A DNA stretch of 64,000 nt from an uncultured Poribacteria bacterium (GCA_958296135.2 CATQHZ020000001.1:1152001-1216000); one strand, 5' to 3'; positions 29,737-39,610 are shown, counted from the first letter of the stretch. Numbers and translations: made by a program. Notes: generated by a model from the letters alone, not told the origin.

Positions 29737-32628
29737 TTAAGGCACCGTTGGTTCGTTGCCGAGCCAGAGGTTTATCGCTGGGCTGCTTGCGATGCGCCGC
29801 TGCCCAATGGCGGCGTTGATGACAACCGTGTGCGGCAAAGTTTGTGGATTGCCGATGAACGGGTTCCGCCGCAATTCGTTGCTGCCGGTGGCGATGATGT
29901 TCGGCACGAGCGTCAGCGTTGCCTCGGTTTCATGTTTTCGTAGGACGGTTGTGCGTCGCTGGAGCCGCACGCCGTTCGGCAAACCGACGGCGGTGAGGTT
30001 CAGATTCTGGCGATTGCCGGGCTGCCGCTCAACGGTGACGACGATGTCCACTGGCCCCCCGGGAGTTATCGTGATTTCTTCCTGCATCGCCGAGAGCCGT
30101 ACCGGTGAAGTCTCAGTTACACTGACAACAACGTTTTTCCGCTGCACCGTCAACGGGTTATTCTGAATGCGGTAAACTTCGACAGGAGTTGCGTTGCGCT
30201 GGATGGTTTGTCCGGCGGCAGTCGTCACGGTGCCGACAACCTGAACGATGCTATGCCGTAACTCAGCATCGGGTGCGGCGGTTAAGGTGAGGTATCCGAC
30301 ATTATTCCCGCCGCTGGAGAGAATCGCGCTCTCACTGGCGGTGATGCCTGCAGGTAGATTGTCGATGGAGAGCCGAATCGGTTCCGTGAACCCGACGCGG
30401 CGTTGCAGCGACACCTCCAAAAGGACAGTGCCGCCTCTGCCGATGTTCGGGTTGTCGGGTGTGACAGCCATGGCGAAATCGGGAGTCGTTGGCCGAACGT
30501 CGAGATGGTAGAGGTATCCTGCGCCGCCTTTTCCTGCGATGTCCTCAATTCGGACAGCATAGACACCCGGTTCAGTGAAGCTGTAATCGATGATGGCGTT
30601 TCGTCTGCCGCCCGCGCCGGCATTATTGGCTAGCACTTCACCTTCGGCGTTGAGCAGTGTGAGGGAAGGGCTGAGCGGCGAGTTCAATCGTTCTGCGGAT
30701 AGTGCGATGGAGTACCCGCCGATGTCGGCGAAAAATCCCCACGGGCCGTAGCCGTTGGTGATTTTGAAGAGGATCTTGTTCTGGCCTTTTTTGACTGGGA
30801 GTTGGATGACATCGTCTGCCCGCCGGAGGGGCCGATGCACATATTTGCTGAAGATGAGCCGGTCGTTCACCCAGATTTTAATCGTATCGTCAGACCCGAG
30901 GGATAAGAGATAGTTCTGGTCCCGTTCAGATTCTAGGAATGTGATGGCGTAGCCGGTGACATCGTCTTCTGGTACGTTTGAGAACAGGTTTTCGCCTCGG
31001 CGATCCGTGCGGTACCATCCGATTTTCCGGTTATTTTTTCCGATGTATTCCTTGTGAAAATCTATTTCTACTTCGGGAGGATAGACAGTGTCAAACCCCG
31101 TTTCGTTGGTGTTATCAAACGGATGGATTACCCACCACGGTCCGAGGCGCGCGCCTTCTGATATGGTAAACCGGTAATAATCGACTTCGCCCGGTTCTGA
31201 GATGCGTCCGCTGAGTCCGCCGGGTGTGCCAAAATGTTGTGCTTGTTCGAGTTGCCGTGCGATGAGTTCTCCGAGTCGGCTTGCTTCCTGCTCGATGAAA
31301 GCGAGGATCCGGTTGCGTTCGGTGGGTGTAATGTCGGCGTTATCTTTCGCCGCCATGCGTGTGATGGTTTGCGTCCATTCTTCTGCGGATAGAGCGCGGT
31401 TGGCGGGTGAGCGGAGTTCGTGGCAGGCGGTGCATTTTGTCTCGAAAAGGATTTCGGATTCGCTGCCTTCGTTTTCGGGTGTCGTGCTCGTACCGGCCAT
31501 CGCGCCTGGGAGGTTGCGCGTACGATTTTTTTCCACAGTTTCGGGCATGTCGTTGGCGATGAACGGGAAGATGCCGTAAGGGGTGCGGATGTGCTTGAGT
31601 CCGAGTTGTCTGTCAAGTTCAACCTGCCACTTCGTTTCAGGCAGATTTTCGCCGCCGATTGTCGCTTGGATAACCTCATCTGTTTTTCCGGCGGGTGGGA
31701 AGAGATAGGTATTGTAAGGGAGCGCGCCGCATGTCAGGCGATAGACAGCATCGGGGTTGCCGCGATGCAGTAAATCCCGGATGCGGAGGCGATAGGTTCC
31801 GTGCGCTGGCAAGGTGTAGTCAATGAGCGGATCGAGGCTATAGAACCCGTTGCTTCGCGCGAGTTCCTCGCCGGTTGCATCAAATAGGGACAAAGTCGGG
31901 TTGAAAAACTGCTGGCTAACGTTGTTGAGGCGATAAGCGTTCACGCTGAAAACGCATCGTTCGCCTTCAACGCCTTCAAAAACGTAGTAATCCTCGTCGC
32001 CGCCGGGGTTGATTGCCCCGTTAATGATGCCCGGCAGTTGGATGGCGGTGGCGGTTTCGGGGAGGTTATTCGATTCTGTCTCAAGCGTGTCGTGGGTGTG
32101 ACTGACTTCAAAGGGCCAGGCGGTGGAGGTGCCGTTTTTGCCGACGATGCGCATCTCTCGCGTGCCGATAGGGGCATCGGGAGAGATGGCTATCTGTGCA
32201 GTCAACCCGCCGCTTGCCCGCGCGGCTGATTTGAGATAGGCGGCGATTTTGCCTGCGTCATTGGCACTAATCTCTGCGCCCTTTTCTGTAATCATCCGTT
32301 GCACGGTGGCTTCCCACTGTGCGGGTGTCATAGAGCGGTTATTGGGGGAACGGAGTTCGTGGCACTGCCCACAATTCGCCTTGAAGACAGGTTGATGCGT
32401 GTTATCAATTTCGCCGCCGCCTGCGTGAAGTTCGCCCGTGATGCCGGGTTCGCCTTCAATGATGAGCGTATGCGCGCCCTTTAAATCTGCACCTTGCACC
32501 TTCATCTCAACTGTGGTGCCGACTTGTCCGCCTGCAGGAAATAGGGAATTGAGGCGCGGCTGGTTTCCTTGCGCAAAAAGGAGGCCCGGGAAGATAACAG
32601 CTATTAAAAAGACGGTGACTTTTCTCAT
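29737..32628 (-). CDS. Exported PPC/Ig-domain protein with two c-type cytochrome domains and a PA14-like insert
   Basis: Signal peptide; PRL.SLFPAGGQ.GT; ETESNN..ETA; GDEDYY.F; two CxxCH motifs (CGQCH, CTACH); LGSDD.IKIWVN. Confidence 0.8.
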   Translation of the reverse strand: MRKVTVFLIAVIFPGLLFAQGNQPRLNSLFPAGGQVGTTVEMKVQGADLKGAHTLIIEGEPGITGELHAGGGEIDNTHQPVFKANCGQCHELRSPNNRSMTPAQWEATVQRMITEKGAEISANDAGKIAAYLKSAARASGGLTAQIAISPDAPIGTREMRIVGKNGTSTAWPFEVSHTHDTLETESNNLPETATAIQLPGIINGAINPGGDEDYYVFEGVEGERCVFSVNAYRLNNVSQQFFNPTLSLFDATGEELARSNGFYSLDPLIDYTLPAHGTYRLRIRDLLHRGNPDAVYRLTCGALPYNTYLFPPAGKTDEVIQATIGGENLPETKWQVELDRQLGLKHIRTPYGIFPFIANDMPETVEKNRTRNLPGAMAGTSTTPENEGSESEILFETKCTACHELRSPANRALSAEEWTQTITRMAAKDNADITPTERNRILAFIEQEASRLGELIARQLEQAQHFGTPGGLSGRISEPGEVDYYRFTISEGARLGPWWVIHPFDNTNETGFDTVYPPEVEIDFHKEYIGKNNRKIGWYRTDRRGENLFSNVPEDDVTGYAITFLESERDQNYLLSLGSDDTIKIWVNDRLIFSKYVHRPLRRADDVIQLPVKKGQNKILFKITNGYGPWGFFADIGGYSIALSAERLNSPLSPSLTLLNAEGEVLANNAGAGGRRNAIIDYSFTEPGVYAVRIEDIAGKGGAGYLYHLDVRPTTPDFAMAVTPDNPNIGRGGTVLLEVSLQRRVGFTEPIRLSIDNLPAGITASESAILSSGGNNVGYLTLTAAPDAELRHSIVQVVGTVTTAAGQTIQRNATPVEVYRIQNNPLTVQRKNVVVSVTETSPVRLSAMQEEITITPGGPVDIVVTVERQPGNRQNLNLTAVGLPNGVRLQRRTTVLRKHETEATLTLVPNIIATGSNELRRNPFIGNPQTLPHTVVINAAIGQRRIASSPAINLWLGNEPTVP

Positions 32629-32629
32629 C

Positions 32630-33622
32630 TTACTGCTCCTTGAACTCGTGGATTAATTGCGCCCTGCGGAGATGCCAGATGCGCGCTACGCCGTCACGTC
32701 CGCCCGCGGCGACGAGTTGCCCGTTTGGGCTGAGCTGCACGGCGTAAACGGCATCGGTTGGCTCGTCAAAGGTGCGGCGGCGGTTGCCGGAACGCAGATT
32801 CCAAATCATCACGGAAGTATCCGCGCTGCCAGAGGCGATGATTTCTTGGTTGTTCCATACGCCGCAGTCAACGCTGTAGACAGGGGCTTGGTGCCCGTTG
32901 TATTCACGAACTAGCGCGCCGGTGTAGGCTTCAGGCCTTGCTGTTACGCGCCACGAGCGAATGGTATTATCGGCGGAACCGGAGACGATGAGTCCATCGC
33001 CTGCTGCGTAAGCGAGACTATAGACAGCGTCGTCGTTGCCATCAAAATTGACGAGGACGGTGTGGTTTTCAGGGTGCCACACCTTAATCGTTTTATCCTC
33101 GCTGCCTGTTACAAAGTAGGTGCCGTCAGGATGATACAAGGCGCAAAGCACGCGTCCGACGTGTTGGCTGAGCCATGTCGCCGTTTCCTGGCTCTCTTCC
33201 GCTTCTTGCGTGATGTTGAGGACAGCACTGTATTCGTCCATGCTCGCCGTTAACAATTTCGTTTCGTCTGGGCTGATGGCGATAGACTCGATCGTATCGG
33301 CGTGAATATCAAGCGTGTTGAGCAGTTCTTCAGATGCGACATTCCAGATGCGAATTTCGCCGCTTCGGGCGGCTAGTCCGCCGCCTGCGAACAACTTTTT
33401 TCCGTCGCGTGAAAACGTCAGGCACCGCACTGCGCTGGCGTGCGGTTCATAGGTATGGATGATGCGCTGCGTTTCTAAGTCCCACACCTCAATCCACTGA
33501 TATTTGCCGACAGCGATGGTTTTCCCGTCGGGGCTAAATTGGAGTGCCCAGATGGGAGATTGCGCGGCATACACGGGTGTGAGGAGCAACAGCAGCGTTA
33601 AGACGAAGAAATAAGGTTTCAT
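32630..33622 (-). CDS. Exported WD40-repeat protein
   Basis: Repeated H..V..L.FS.DG....SGS.D..I..W units; signal peptide. An alternative TTG start lies at 33661. Confidence 0.9.
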   Translation of the reverse strand: MKPYFFVLTLLLLLTPVYAAQSPIWALQFSPDGKTIAVGKYQWIEVWDLETQRIIHTYEPHASAVRCLTFSRDGKKLFAGGGLAARSGEIRIWNVASEELLNTLDIHADTIESIAISPDETKLLTASMDEYSAVLNITQEAEESQETATWLSQHVGRVLCALYHPDGTYFVTGSEDKTIKVWHPENHTVLVNFDGNDDAVYSLAYAAGDGLIVSGSADNTIRSWRVTARPEAYTGALVREYNGHQAPVYSVDCGVWNNQEIIASGSADTSVMIWNLRSGNRRRTFDEPTDAVYAVQLSPNGQLVAAGGRDGVARIWHLRRAQLIHEFKEQ

Positions 33623-33699
33623 CTTGGATAGCGTGGGCGCGGTTTGATGAAGTTTCAGCAATTAATCAGACCATTTTTCTGACATAAACATCCTTTAGG

Positions 33700-33930
33700 A
33701 TGTGGGCATCGAGACGCGGGCGGGTTTGTCCCGTTTCCGAATCGAGACGCGGGAGTGTTCATCGAGCCCGGGAGGTTTCTCCTACCGGGGGAATCGAGAC
33801 CAGGAGGTTTCTCCTACCGGGGGAATCGAGACCAGGAGGTCTCTCCTACCGGGCGGTTTGTCCCGTTTCCGAATCGAGACGCGGGCGGTCTCTCCTACCG
33901 GGGTGTTCTGCATGAAACCGCGCCTACCGG
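33700..33930. repeat. GTAGGAG-family REP cluster
   Basis: gaatcgagaccaggaggt[t/c]tctcctaccggg repeats and two copies of gtttgtcccgtttccgaatcgagacgcggg. Confidence 0.85.
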
Positions 33931-33936
33931 TTGCAA

Positions 33937-35367
33937 TTACGCCAGAACGCCGCGGATAGGTCTGCCGCCGCGCGAGAGCACAATGCGGACCCCGTCAGGC
34001 GATTCTAGGCTTTGGTTGTAATCGATGCCGAGGCTCTGATAGATAGTCGCCGAGAGATCTTCTGGGCGCACCGGTGTTTCGGCGGGTTCCATTCCGTTCG
34101 GATCGGATGCGCCGATGACTTGTCCGCCCTGGACACCGCCGCCTGCTAACATCATGGAGAAGACGCGCGAGTGATGGTCCCGGCCGCCATTCTGATTGAT
34201 AACCGGTGTTCTGCCGAATTCGCCCATTGCGATGACAAGCGTGCTGTCTAGTAACCCGCGGTTCTCCAAGTCATCGACAAGGGTGGCCACCGTCCGGTCG
34301 AACTGCGAGAGTTTGCCGGGGAGCGTGGAGAAGATGCTGTTGTGGTTGTCCCAGCCGCCGTTGCTCACGGTGACGAAGTTGACACCGGCTTCTACCAGTC
34401 GCCTTGCAAGCAGGCAGCTCTGTCCGAAAGCGTTGCGCTGATATGCGTTGCGCATACTCCCCGGTTCGTTGTTGAGCTCGAACGCGGCGCGCGCGTCGGC
34501 GGAGCTCATCAGGTTGTAAGCGGAGGTATAGAAACTATCCACTGCCTTTGCCGTGGGGTTTCCTGCCTCATACTTCTTGAAGGCGGCATCGACGGCTTGC
34601 CGCAAGGAGCGTCGGCGTTCAACGCGTTCAAAGGAGACCCCTTTCGGCGGCTGTAAATCGCGCACCTTGAAATTTTTGTTCGCTGGGTTTCCGCCGGGTG
34701 AGAAGGGGGCGAGGGATGCGCCTAGGAACCCGCCGCCGCCATACGCGATTGGCGCGGGGACAGCGATGTAGGGCGGCAAGGCACTCCGCTGTTCCTTGAG
34801 TTTAGAGACGACGGCCCCGTACCCTGGTACGGCGAAACCCGGTAGCGGTTGATAGCCTGTCATCATGTAGTGTGTGCCGCGTTCGTGGGCTGCCTCCGGC
34901 GATGTCATCGAACGGATGATGCAGAGTTTATCCATCTGTTGCGCGAGTTTCGGCATGTGTTCGCTAATCTGGATGCCGGTGACGTTCGTGGCAATCGGCT
35001 TGAAGAGTCCGCGGATTTCCTCGGGTGCGTCCGGCTTCAGATCCCACATATCAAGATGACTCGGTCCGCCGCCGAGCCATAGGAGGATAACCGATTTGGC
35101 GGTGCCTTCAGACACGAGCGATTGGGCAACTGCTTCTCCATGCGCTTCCGTGGTCGGGTTTGCAGCGGCTTTCAGGCGGAACAAGTCGGTGAGGCTGAGC
35201 CCGAACAAGCCGAGCACGCCTGCCTTGATAAAATCTCTGCGATGAAATCCTTCGCAATCGGTCTTTTGTATTGGCGCAAAGCGTTCGTGAGCGTTTGCTG
35301 GTGCAATGCCAGTTGTTTGCCGGCTCTGCTTGCGCCGTTGTTGCAAGCTGCGTTTCTTGGATGACAT
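33937..35367 (-). CDS. DUF1501 family protein (Tat-like signal)
   Basis: RRDFIKAG, WLGGGPSHLD.WD.KP, FGQSCLLARRLVEAGV, WDNH, GEFGRTP and GRDH motifs. Confidence 0.92.
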   Translation of the reverse strand: MSSKKRSLQQRRKQSRQTTGIAPANAHERFAPIQKTDCEGFHRRDFIKAGVLGLFGLSLTDLFRLKAAANPTTEAHGEAVAQSLVSEGTAKSVILLWLGGGPSHLDMWDLKPDAPEEIRGLFKPIATNVTGIQISEHMPKLAQQMDKLCIIRSMTSPEAAHERGTHYMMTGYQPLPGFAVPGYGAVVSKLKEQRSALPPYIAVPAPIAYGGGGFLGASLAPFSPGGNPANKNFKVRDLQPPKGVSFERVERRRSLRQAVDAAFKKYEAGNPTAKAVDSFYTSAYNLMSSADARAAFELNNEPGSMRNAYQRNAFGQSCLLARRLVEAGVNFVTVSNGGWDNHNSIFSTLPGKLSQFDRTVATLVDDLENRGLLDSTLVIAMGEFGRTPVINQNGGRDHHSRVFSMMLAGGGVQGGQVIGASDPNGMEPAETPVRPEDLSATIYQSLGIDYNQSLESPDGVRIVLSRGGRPIRGVLA

Positions 35368-35467
35368 GGTAAGGCCCCCTGTCTTAATTCGGGTTCCGGT
35401 AGCAATTCTACCGAAATATTTCGGCAGGTTGCGGAAGTCTTATGAGGATAAGGCGTTTCGGTTGCGC

Positions 35468-35707
35468 CTATTTGCTGAGGTTCTGCATGAACGCTTCGAG
35501 GCTCTCCGGGCGCGCCGCTGCGGCGAGGAGCAGCTGTTGGAGGCGTTGCACATCGTCAATTTTCTCCAGCGTTGGTTTCAGAGCCTGCACTGCGTCAGGG
35601 TGGAATTGCAAGCTGAGCAACGCCAAAATGTCGTCAATCCTCGCTTCAATTCTACCCTCGTCCCTTGCCTCTTCCATGTAAAGTTGGACAAAAGCAGATT
35701 CTAACAT
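35468..35707 (-). CDS. C-terminal cassette 3 (79 aa), putative RpnS-like antitoxin
   Basis: GGAGG-5nt-ATG; MLESAFVQLYMEEARDEGRIEARIDD... Confidence 0.6.
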   Translation of the reverse strand: MLESAFVQLYMEEARDEGRIEARIDDILALLSLQFHPDAVQALKPTLEKIDDVQRLQQLLLAAAARPESLEAFMQNLSK

Positions 35708-35870
35708 GATCCCCTCCGGTAAGAAATAGCGGATGAGGCGCGGATTATGAGCCAACCCGCCCAACACCCCTGCTGCTTCAAATAAGAGATGCCGCGTCGA
35801 CTCGTCTGTCCGAGAAGTCGCTATCGCATTTAGACATTGCTCCACCCAAGGATGGGTGTCTCGGTTTCGG

Positions 35871-36107
35871 CTATTTGCTGAGGTTCTGCATGAACGCTTC
35901 GAGGCTCTCCGGGCGCGCTGCGGCGAGATGCAACTGCTGGAGGCGTTGCACATCGTCAATTTTCTCCAGCGTTGGTTTCAGGGCTTGCACGGCATCCGGG
36001 TGGAATTGCAAGCTGAGCAACGCTAGGATAGAGTCAATAGTGGCATCTATCCTGCCCTTTTCTTTCGCCTCTTCCATGTAAAGTTGGACAAAAGCAGATT
36101 CTAACAT
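35871..36107 (-). CDS. C-terminal cassette 2 (78 aa), putative RpnS-like antitoxin
   Basis: GGAGG-5nt-ATG; MLESAFVQLYMEEAKEKGRIDATIDS... Confidence 0.6.
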   Translation of the reverse strand: MLESAFVQLYMEEAKEKGRIDATIDSILALLSLQFHPDAVQALKPTLEKIDDVQRLQQLHLAAARPESLEAFMQNLSK

Positions 36108-36276
36108 GATCCCCTCCGGTAAGAAATAGCGGATGAGGCGCGGATTATGAGCCAACCCGCCCAACACCCCTGCTGCTTCAAATAAGAGATGCCGCGTTGA
36201 CTCGTCTGTCCGAGAAGTCGCTATCGCATTTAGACATTGCTCCACCCAAGGATGGGTGTCTCGGTTTCGGTTGCGT

Positions 36277-37152
36277 CTAGTTGCTGAGGTTCTGCATGAA
36301 CGCTTCGAGGCTCTCCGGGCGCGCTGCGGCGAGATGCAACTGCTGGAGGCGTTGCACATCGTCAATTTTCTCCAGCGTTGGTTTCAGGGCTTGCACGGCA
36401 TCCGGGTGGAATTGCAAGCTGAGCAACGCCAAAATGTCGTCGATCCTCGCATTTATCTCGCCCTCTTTTCTCGCTTCTTCCATGTAAAGTTGGACAAAAG
36501 CAGATTCTAACATGATCCCCTCCGGTAAGAAATAGCGGATGAGGCGCGGATTATGAGCCAACCCGCCCAACACCCCTGCTGCTTCAAATAAGAGATGCCG
36601 CGTCGACTCGTCTGTCCGAGAAGTCGCTATCGCATCAAAACATTTCTCCAACCACCGGTCCGGTTGCATCCGCTCCGGCGGCTTCATCAACGGTGTAAAA
36701 GGCAACAGCCCCGGTGTCTGCATCTCCAAGATGGCTTCGCCTTCAAAATCGGCCAACCGAATCACCTTGTAGCGGAGTTGAAAGTGGTAGTCCGTGCCAC
36801 GCCCGTATTCGTGGATGCCCGTGTCGTTTCGTCCTGCCCTCGGGTGCAGGTAGAGGACGTTGCAGTAGACGTTCAGTTCGTGGGCGTGGTTGAGAAAGCC
36901 GTTGTATCCGGCGAGTCTCATTCCAATCGGTTTGCCACTGGTGTGGGTTTGCACCTCGGTGTGAAAGATGGCAATTTCATCGGGGAACTGCACGCGCATG
37001 GTGCAGTCTGTGCGATGCGCCTTGAGCGTTGCCTGTTCCGACTCAAGATTGGCCAGTACCTTGACGTTCGCGTCGCCGAGGACGAACTGTGCGAACGCGT
37101 CGGCGTGTTCAAGTATGATATATTTGACAGTGTTGTCGTATTGTTGAGCCAT
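36277..37152 (-). CDS. Rpn-family (recombination-promoting nuclease/putative transposase) PD-(D/E)xK protein, with an internal start at 36513
   Basis: YDN..K, RTD...FHTEVQT, M.L..Y, VLYL, YKVIRL and LLPFTPLM motifs typical of Rpn-like proteins. Confidence 0.75.
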   Translation of the reverse strand: MAQQYDNTVKYIILEHADAFAQFVLGDANVKVLANLESEQATLKAHRTDCTMRVQFPDEIAIFHTEVQTHTSGKPIGMRLAGYNGFLNHAHELNVYCNVLYLHPRAGRNDTGIHEYGRGTDYHFQLRYKVIRLADFEGEAILEMQTPGLLPFTPLMKPPERMQPDRWLEKCFDAIATSRTDESTRHLLFEAAGVLGGLAHNPRLIRYFLPEGIMLESAFVQLYMEEARKEGEINARIDDILALLSLQFHPDAVQALKPTLEKIDDVQRLQQLHLAAARPESLEAFMQNLSN

Positions 37153-37157
37153 CGAAA

Positions 37158-37187
37158 ATAATACCCTTTTTTGTAGGATGATGTCAA
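37158..37187 (-). promoter_or_regulatory. sigma70 promoter giving a leaderless Rpn-like mRNA
   Basis: TTGACA-18-TATTAT ending 5 nt before the ATG; no SD. Confidence 0.55.
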
Positions 37188-37279
37188 GCGTTTTTTTGCA
37201 TTGACACCACTATTTTATCATATTGAATGCGCAAGAAACCAGCATTAAGCAAAAAATCTGCTAAAGTGCGAGTGTTTTT

Positions 37280-38719
37280 CTATTTGCGCGATTTCCGGAG
37301 TCTTTTAATCCATCGGCGCGCCGCTGCCAGCTCGGTGTCAAACGGCTCTTTTATTTCAAAACATTCGGTATGCCCTGCGTAGACGTGATGCCAATCGACA
37401 ATGCACGGCATCCGATTTTCATAGAGGTTGTGCATCAGAAACGAGCGGACCTTGGCGCGCGTATCCTGAGGTGCATTCTCAATTGCGTGCTCAATCTGCG
37501 TGTCCGTTACAACCCGTTGCATGAAGCCCTGTTCTTCCAAGGCGTAGTAAAGTCCGCTATCCGGATGGATGTTATGATACGCCAAGTCTTGGCTCTTAAT
37601 CCACGGGTCATCCCAGTCCAGCCCTTCTTCGGCAATGAACGTGTCGAGGAGCATTTTCTTTGCGGCCCAATCGACGCGGTCGGTGACGAGCTGCCAGTCT
37701 TTCTCCAGGTCATCGAGTATCCGTTCCCATTCAGTCAGCACCCACACGGTTTCCGCGTCCTGGTCTGCAGGGACATATTTCTGGACGAATTGGAGGTATT
37801 CCCTTTGCAGTTCTATGGCACGGGCGGTTTCTCCTGTCACCAATTCGAGGTTCCAGTCGAAGGTGCTGTCTCGCGAGACTTGCCGAATGGCATAAACCGG
37901 ATCGGCGAGGACGAGATTGGGTAGCGGCAGTTTCTCACCGTTTTCCCGATGGAATTCTTCGAGGGCGGCGAGGAGCAGGGCTGTGGTGCCTACCTTCAGC
38001 GCGGTTGCAAACTCCGACATATTGGAATCCCCGACGAGGAGGTGGAGTCTGCGGTATTTCGTGAAATCGCTGAGCGGTTCATCGCGTGTGTTGATGATGG
38101 CGCGGCTAAACTGGATCCACTCGTAAATTTCGGCGACGATGTGGTCTGCGCGTTGCGAGATCTGGTAGTCTGGAAAGTCCTCGAAATCGCCGTAAATTCC
38201 GGCGTATTCTCCCATTTCATCGTGTGCACCGACTCTGCCTGCGCCCGCGTAAATCTGCCGGGTGACGAAGAAGGCCATGAGCGTCGGAATGACGATTTTA
38301 TAGAAGGGTACTCTTCGGCTGACTTGGAAATTTTCGTGACAGCCAAACGTCGCCCCCGTGAAGTGGTCGATGTTGTTTTTGAAAAAGGCGGTACGTAACC
38401 CGGTGCCCTCTAGTATTCTGACGATGACGCGCTCAATTGCTTTATCGTAAGCGATGAGGTCGAACAGCGAGCCGCACTCGGGCGTGGCGTATTCAAGGTG
38501 CCCCATATCAATGTAGAGGCGGCCGCCGTTGAAGAGGAACCCGCCGTTGCCGGGCGGTTCTCCCCAGTCGCGGTAGTGGATATCGCGGATGCCGAGTTCG
38601 AGCGCGTTGAAGACGTAGTCGCGCACGCGCGCCGCAACGCCTTCCGAGGTGCCGCGTGTTCCTTCCTGCTGCATCATGCAGCCAAATTCTGTTTCAATGC
38701 CAAAAATTCGGTTTTTCAT
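37280..38719 (-). CDS. pafA: Pup/UBact-protein ligase
   Basis: RIFGIETEFG, NGGRLYID..H.EYATPEC, GCHENF, ISQRADH, INTRDEP and RRLHL.VGDSNMSE motifs; last gene of the operon. Confidence 0.9.
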   Translation of the reverse strand: MKNRIFGIETEFGCMMQQEGTRGTSEGVAARVRDYVFNALELGIRDIHYRDWGEPPGNGGFLFNGGRLYIDMGHLEYATPECGSLFDLIAYDKAIERVIVRILEGTGLRTAFFKNNIDHFTGATFGCHENFQVSRRVPFYKIVIPTLMAFFVTRQIYAGAGRVGAHDEMGEYAGIYGDFEDFPDYQISQRADHIVAEIYEWIQFSRAIINTRDEPLSDFTKYRRLHLLVGDSNMSEFATALKVGTTALLLAALEEFHRENGEKLPLPNLVLADPVYAIRQVSRDSTFDWNLELVTGETARAIELQREYLQFVQKYVPADQDAETVWVLTEWERILDDLEKDWQLVTDRVDWAAKKMLLDTFIAEEGLDWDDPWIKSQDLAYHNIHPDSGLYYALEEQGFMQRVVTDTQIEHAIENAPQDTRAKVRSFLMHNLYENRMPCIVDWHHVYAGHTECFEIKEPFDTELAAARRWIKRLRKSRK

Positions 38720-38833
38720 AGGAGGCCGGGGCAATCACGTTTCTTTACGTAATTTGTCATTGATGTTGTTGATGCCTACGTTTCGGTTTGAACGTTCGCG
38801 GGGGACGGCCCCCCGCGCTACGGGCTGTGTTTG

Positions 38834-39610
38834 TTAATTCCATGCTTCTAGGGCTGCCTGAATTTCTACGGGGCTGAGCAGTCGGAACTTGCTTGCGCCG
38901 CGCTGCGTCGTTTCCAAAACGCCTGCCTCAATTTCGCCATCTTTCAGAGCTTCGTCGACGATTGCGCGCATCTGTTCTGCGTCAATGTCGGGTTCATCTT
39001 CCGGATCTTCGCTGTCCCGCAGGCTTAATTCCTTGCCGACTGCCCACGTTTCAAGTCCGAATTGCAATGCGGCGTTTAAACCCAGGTCTGCCTGCGCGGG
39101 CGCGTTGGCGAGGTAGCTTTTCATCCGTTCTTCAATTATTTCTGTTCCCCCGAGGACTGATGCCACGGTGTCTGTTCGGACGTTGCCATCGTAGTTAATC
39201 AATGTCCACCGGTTTTGTTCAGGTGCGTTGCCGAGTTCGGCGAGCAACATTTTGATGATGAACGCCTCTCCGACAATTGACTCAAACGCCTGTTTGAAGG
39301 TATGCGCCAACACAAAGTTTGTCAAGCGATGTAGGTTCACGTCCTCTGTGGCGTTTTGAAAGCCTTGGACGCTGGCGGTGTCGGTGACGAGCATCCGAAG
39401 ACGTTCAATATCCGCGGGGTGGCCGATTGCGGAGAGTGCAATCCGGTCGTGTACCTCAAAGATTTTCCGCTGTCCTCTGCCGATAGTCAGCATCACCATG
39501 CCTTCGTTATATCCGAGTCCGACGACGGGACTGCCGAGTCGGAGCTGGTCTTCGATGTAATCTCGCCGGTCTTGAATTGCTTCTATCCAGCGATAGGGTT
39601 CGTCTCGCAT
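38834..39610 (-). CDS. prcA: 20S proteasome subunit alpha
   Basis: EPYRW.EA..DRRDY, GSPVV and RKIFEVHDRIA...IG...D motifs. Confidence 0.9.
   Translation of the reverse strand: MRDEPYRWIEAIQDRRDYIEDQLRLGSPVVGLGYNEGMVMLTIGRGQRKIFEVHDRIALSAIGHPADIERLRMLVTDTASVQGFQNATEDVNLHRLTNFVLAHTFKQAFESIVGEAFIIKMLLAELGNAPEQNRWTLINYDGNVRTDTVASVLGGTEIIEERMKSYLANAPAQADLGLNAALQFGLETWAVGKELSLRDSEDPEDEPDIDAEQMRAIVDEALKDGEIEAGVLETTQRGASKFRLLSPVEIQAALEAWN

Larger units (their letters stand above)
35456..36650 (-). repeat. Three ~400-bp direct repeats of the 3' part of the Rpn-like gene
   Basis: Near-identical blocks ending at 36277, 35871 and 35468 (periods 406 and 403 bp), with divergence concentrated in a ~45-nt window. 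Confidence 0.95.

Noticed and set aside
35468-36365. ORF-track proteins of 163 and 164 aa starting MTMCNASS
   Set aside because: Their N-termini are out-of-frame read-through of the preceding repeat; the SD-supported starts are 36107 and 35707.
35620-36490. Diversity-generating retroelement TR/VR pair behind the cassette variation
   Set aside because: Differences include non-adenine positions (e.g. ggc/ggt) and no reverse transcriptase is present in the window.
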